A stretch of DNA of 64,000 nucleotides from Ruditapes philippinarum (lineage: Eukaryota), in assembly GCF_026571515.1 (NCBI RefSeq), contig NW_026853749.1, positions 1-64,000 of the forward strand. The letters are read 5' to 3'. Shown here piece by piece: positions 62,160 to 64,000 of this stretch. The position numbers were made by a program, and so were the translations under genes. How positions within the stretch are numbered: the stretch's first letter is position 1; each line of letters opens with the position of its first letter. The notes under the pieces were generated by a model. The model was given only the letters and a program-made list of their open reading frames with translations. It was not told the origin of the DNA and did not search any database.

Positions 62160-64000
62160 TTTTTATACGCCCGTTTGAAAAACGGGACGTATTATGGGAA
62201 CGCCCCTGGCGGGCAGGCGGGCGGCGTCCAATTTTGTCCGGAGCATATCTCCTACATGTATGGAGGGATTTTAATGAAACTTCATAGAAATGTTCACCAC
62301 TATGAGGAGCAGTGTCGCGCACATGAACCAGGTCTCTAGGTCAAAGGTCAAGGTCACACTTAGAGCTCATTGAAAAGTGCTTGTCCGGAGCAAAACTTCC
62401 ACATGTATAAAGGGATTTCAATATTACTTGGCACAAATGTTCACCATTGTGAGGCGGAGTGTTGCGCGCAAGATTCAGGTCCTTGCGGCCAAGGTCAAGG
62501 TCACACATAGAGGTCAAAGTTCAGATAAGAATATGAAGATGTGTATATGGACCATTTAGTCATCATTATTGAGAGGGGATTGTAACACAAATGGTCATTA
62601 TCAAGACTATTGCGCTGTGATACATATAATTTAGGTCAATATATACAAGGTCAAGGTCACTAAAGATGATGAAATATCCAGATTTTTGTCCGGAGCATAT
62701 CTCCTACACGCATGGAGGGATTTTAACGAAATTTCATAGAAATGTTCACCATTATGAGAAGACATGTCACGCACATGAACTAGGTCTCTAGGTCAAAGGT
62801 CAAAGGTCACACTTAGAGCTCATTGAAAACGCTTGTCCGGAGCAAAAACTTCCACATGCATAGAGGGATTTCAATATAACTTGGCACAAATGTTCACCAT
62901 TGTGAGCGGAGTGTCGCGCACAAAATTCAGGTCCCTGCAGCCAAGGTCAAGGTCACACATAGAGGTCAAAGTTTAGATAAAGATATGAAGATGTGTACAG
63001 GGACGATTTAATCATCATTTATTGAGGGATTGTAACACAAATGGTCATTATCATGACTACGGCTGTGACACATGTTACTTTAGGTCAATATATGCAAGGT
63101 CAAGGTCACTAAAGATGGTGAAATATCCAGATTTTGTCTGGAGCATATCTCCTACATGTATGGAAGAATTTTTATAATACTTTCTGGGAAATGTTCACCA
63201 CCATGATATGTATTGCTCCATGCATGATCCAGGTCTCCAGGTCAAAGGTCAAGGTCACACTTAGAGCTCATTGAAAAAACGCTTGTCCGGAGCAAAACTT
63301 CTACATTCATAGGGGGATTTCAATATAACTTGGCACAAATGTTCACCATTGTGAGGCTGAGTGTCGCACGCAAAATTCAGATCCCTGCGACCAAAGTCAA
63401 GGTTACACATAGAGGTCAAAGTTCAGATAAAAATTTGAAGATGTGTATAGGGACCATTTAGTCATCATTTATTGATGGATTGTAGCACAAATGGTAACTA
63501 TCATGACTACAGGTGTGACACATTTAATTTAGGTTAATATTTGCAAGGTCAAGGTCACTGGAGATGATTAAATATCCAGATGTTGTCCGGAGCATATTTT
63601 TTCTACATGCATGGAGGAATTTTAATGTTACTTTATAGAATTTGTTCACCACCATGAGATGTAGTGCCTGCACATGAACCAAGTCTCTAGGTCAAAGGTG
63701 AAGGTCACAGTTAGAGCTCATAGAAAAACGCTTGTCTGGAGCAAAAACTTCTACATGCATAGAGGGATTTCAATATAATTTGCACAAATGTTCATCATTG
63801 TGAGGCTGAGTGCCGTGCATAAAATTCAGGTCCCTGCGACCAAGGTCAAGGTCACACATCCTGTGCATATCTTCCCTACTGATTTGTTTTAAGGTTCATT
63901 TAACAACACAGTGCCAAGAATAAAAACTTGCTTGCTAGATAACACTTATCCATAATGCCCCCATCTCCATCTAAAGCTTTCGTAAACGGGCGTATTTTGT
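62160..64000 (-). mobile_element. HINE-like element with ~450-bp higher-order repeats (3 x ~150 bp), in an SZT2 intron
   Basis: TTTT-ATACGCCCGTTT GAA AAACGGGACGTAT hairpin and (GGCG)n tract at the left; AAACGGGCGTAT sub-terminal inverse near 63985. GGAGCATAT recurs at about 62240, 62691, 63140 and 63589. Confidence 0.8.

Overview
AT-rich, intron-rich animal genomic DNA. The repeat landscape suggests a bivalve mollusc (inference). This is not prokaryotic sequence, and most ORF-track entries are spurious. Genes reconstructed by hand from GT-AG junctions and exon phase: (i) an 11-exon minus-strand gene for an uncharacterised ~397-aa coiled-coil/acidic-tail protein (33107->12673); (ii) a probable single-coding-exon 139-aa orphan (38145-38564); (iii) complete VPS72/YL1 (minus, 6 coding exons, 335 aa); (iv) the first five coding exons of SZT2 (plus), head-to-head with VPS72. 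The most striking element is a 5.65-kb Ty3/Gypsy-order LTR retrotransposon in intron 1 of gene (i). It has identical 137-bp direct repeats, non-canonical termini (CGCCA...TGGCG flanked by TAG instead of TG...CA with a 4-6 bp TSD) and an RT active site reading LADD instead of YxDD, while its gag-pol is broken by frameshifts that may be assembly errors. Other notable structures: a 10x31-bp tandem array that multiplies an SZT2 splice donor, nested Helentron-associated (HINE-like) satellite-bearing elements, ten copies of a Sola-like palindromic MITE, CAGG-ended elements with 7-bp TSDs (one only 28 bp long), piggyBac- and PIF-like MITEs, SINEs and a LINE 3' fragment.
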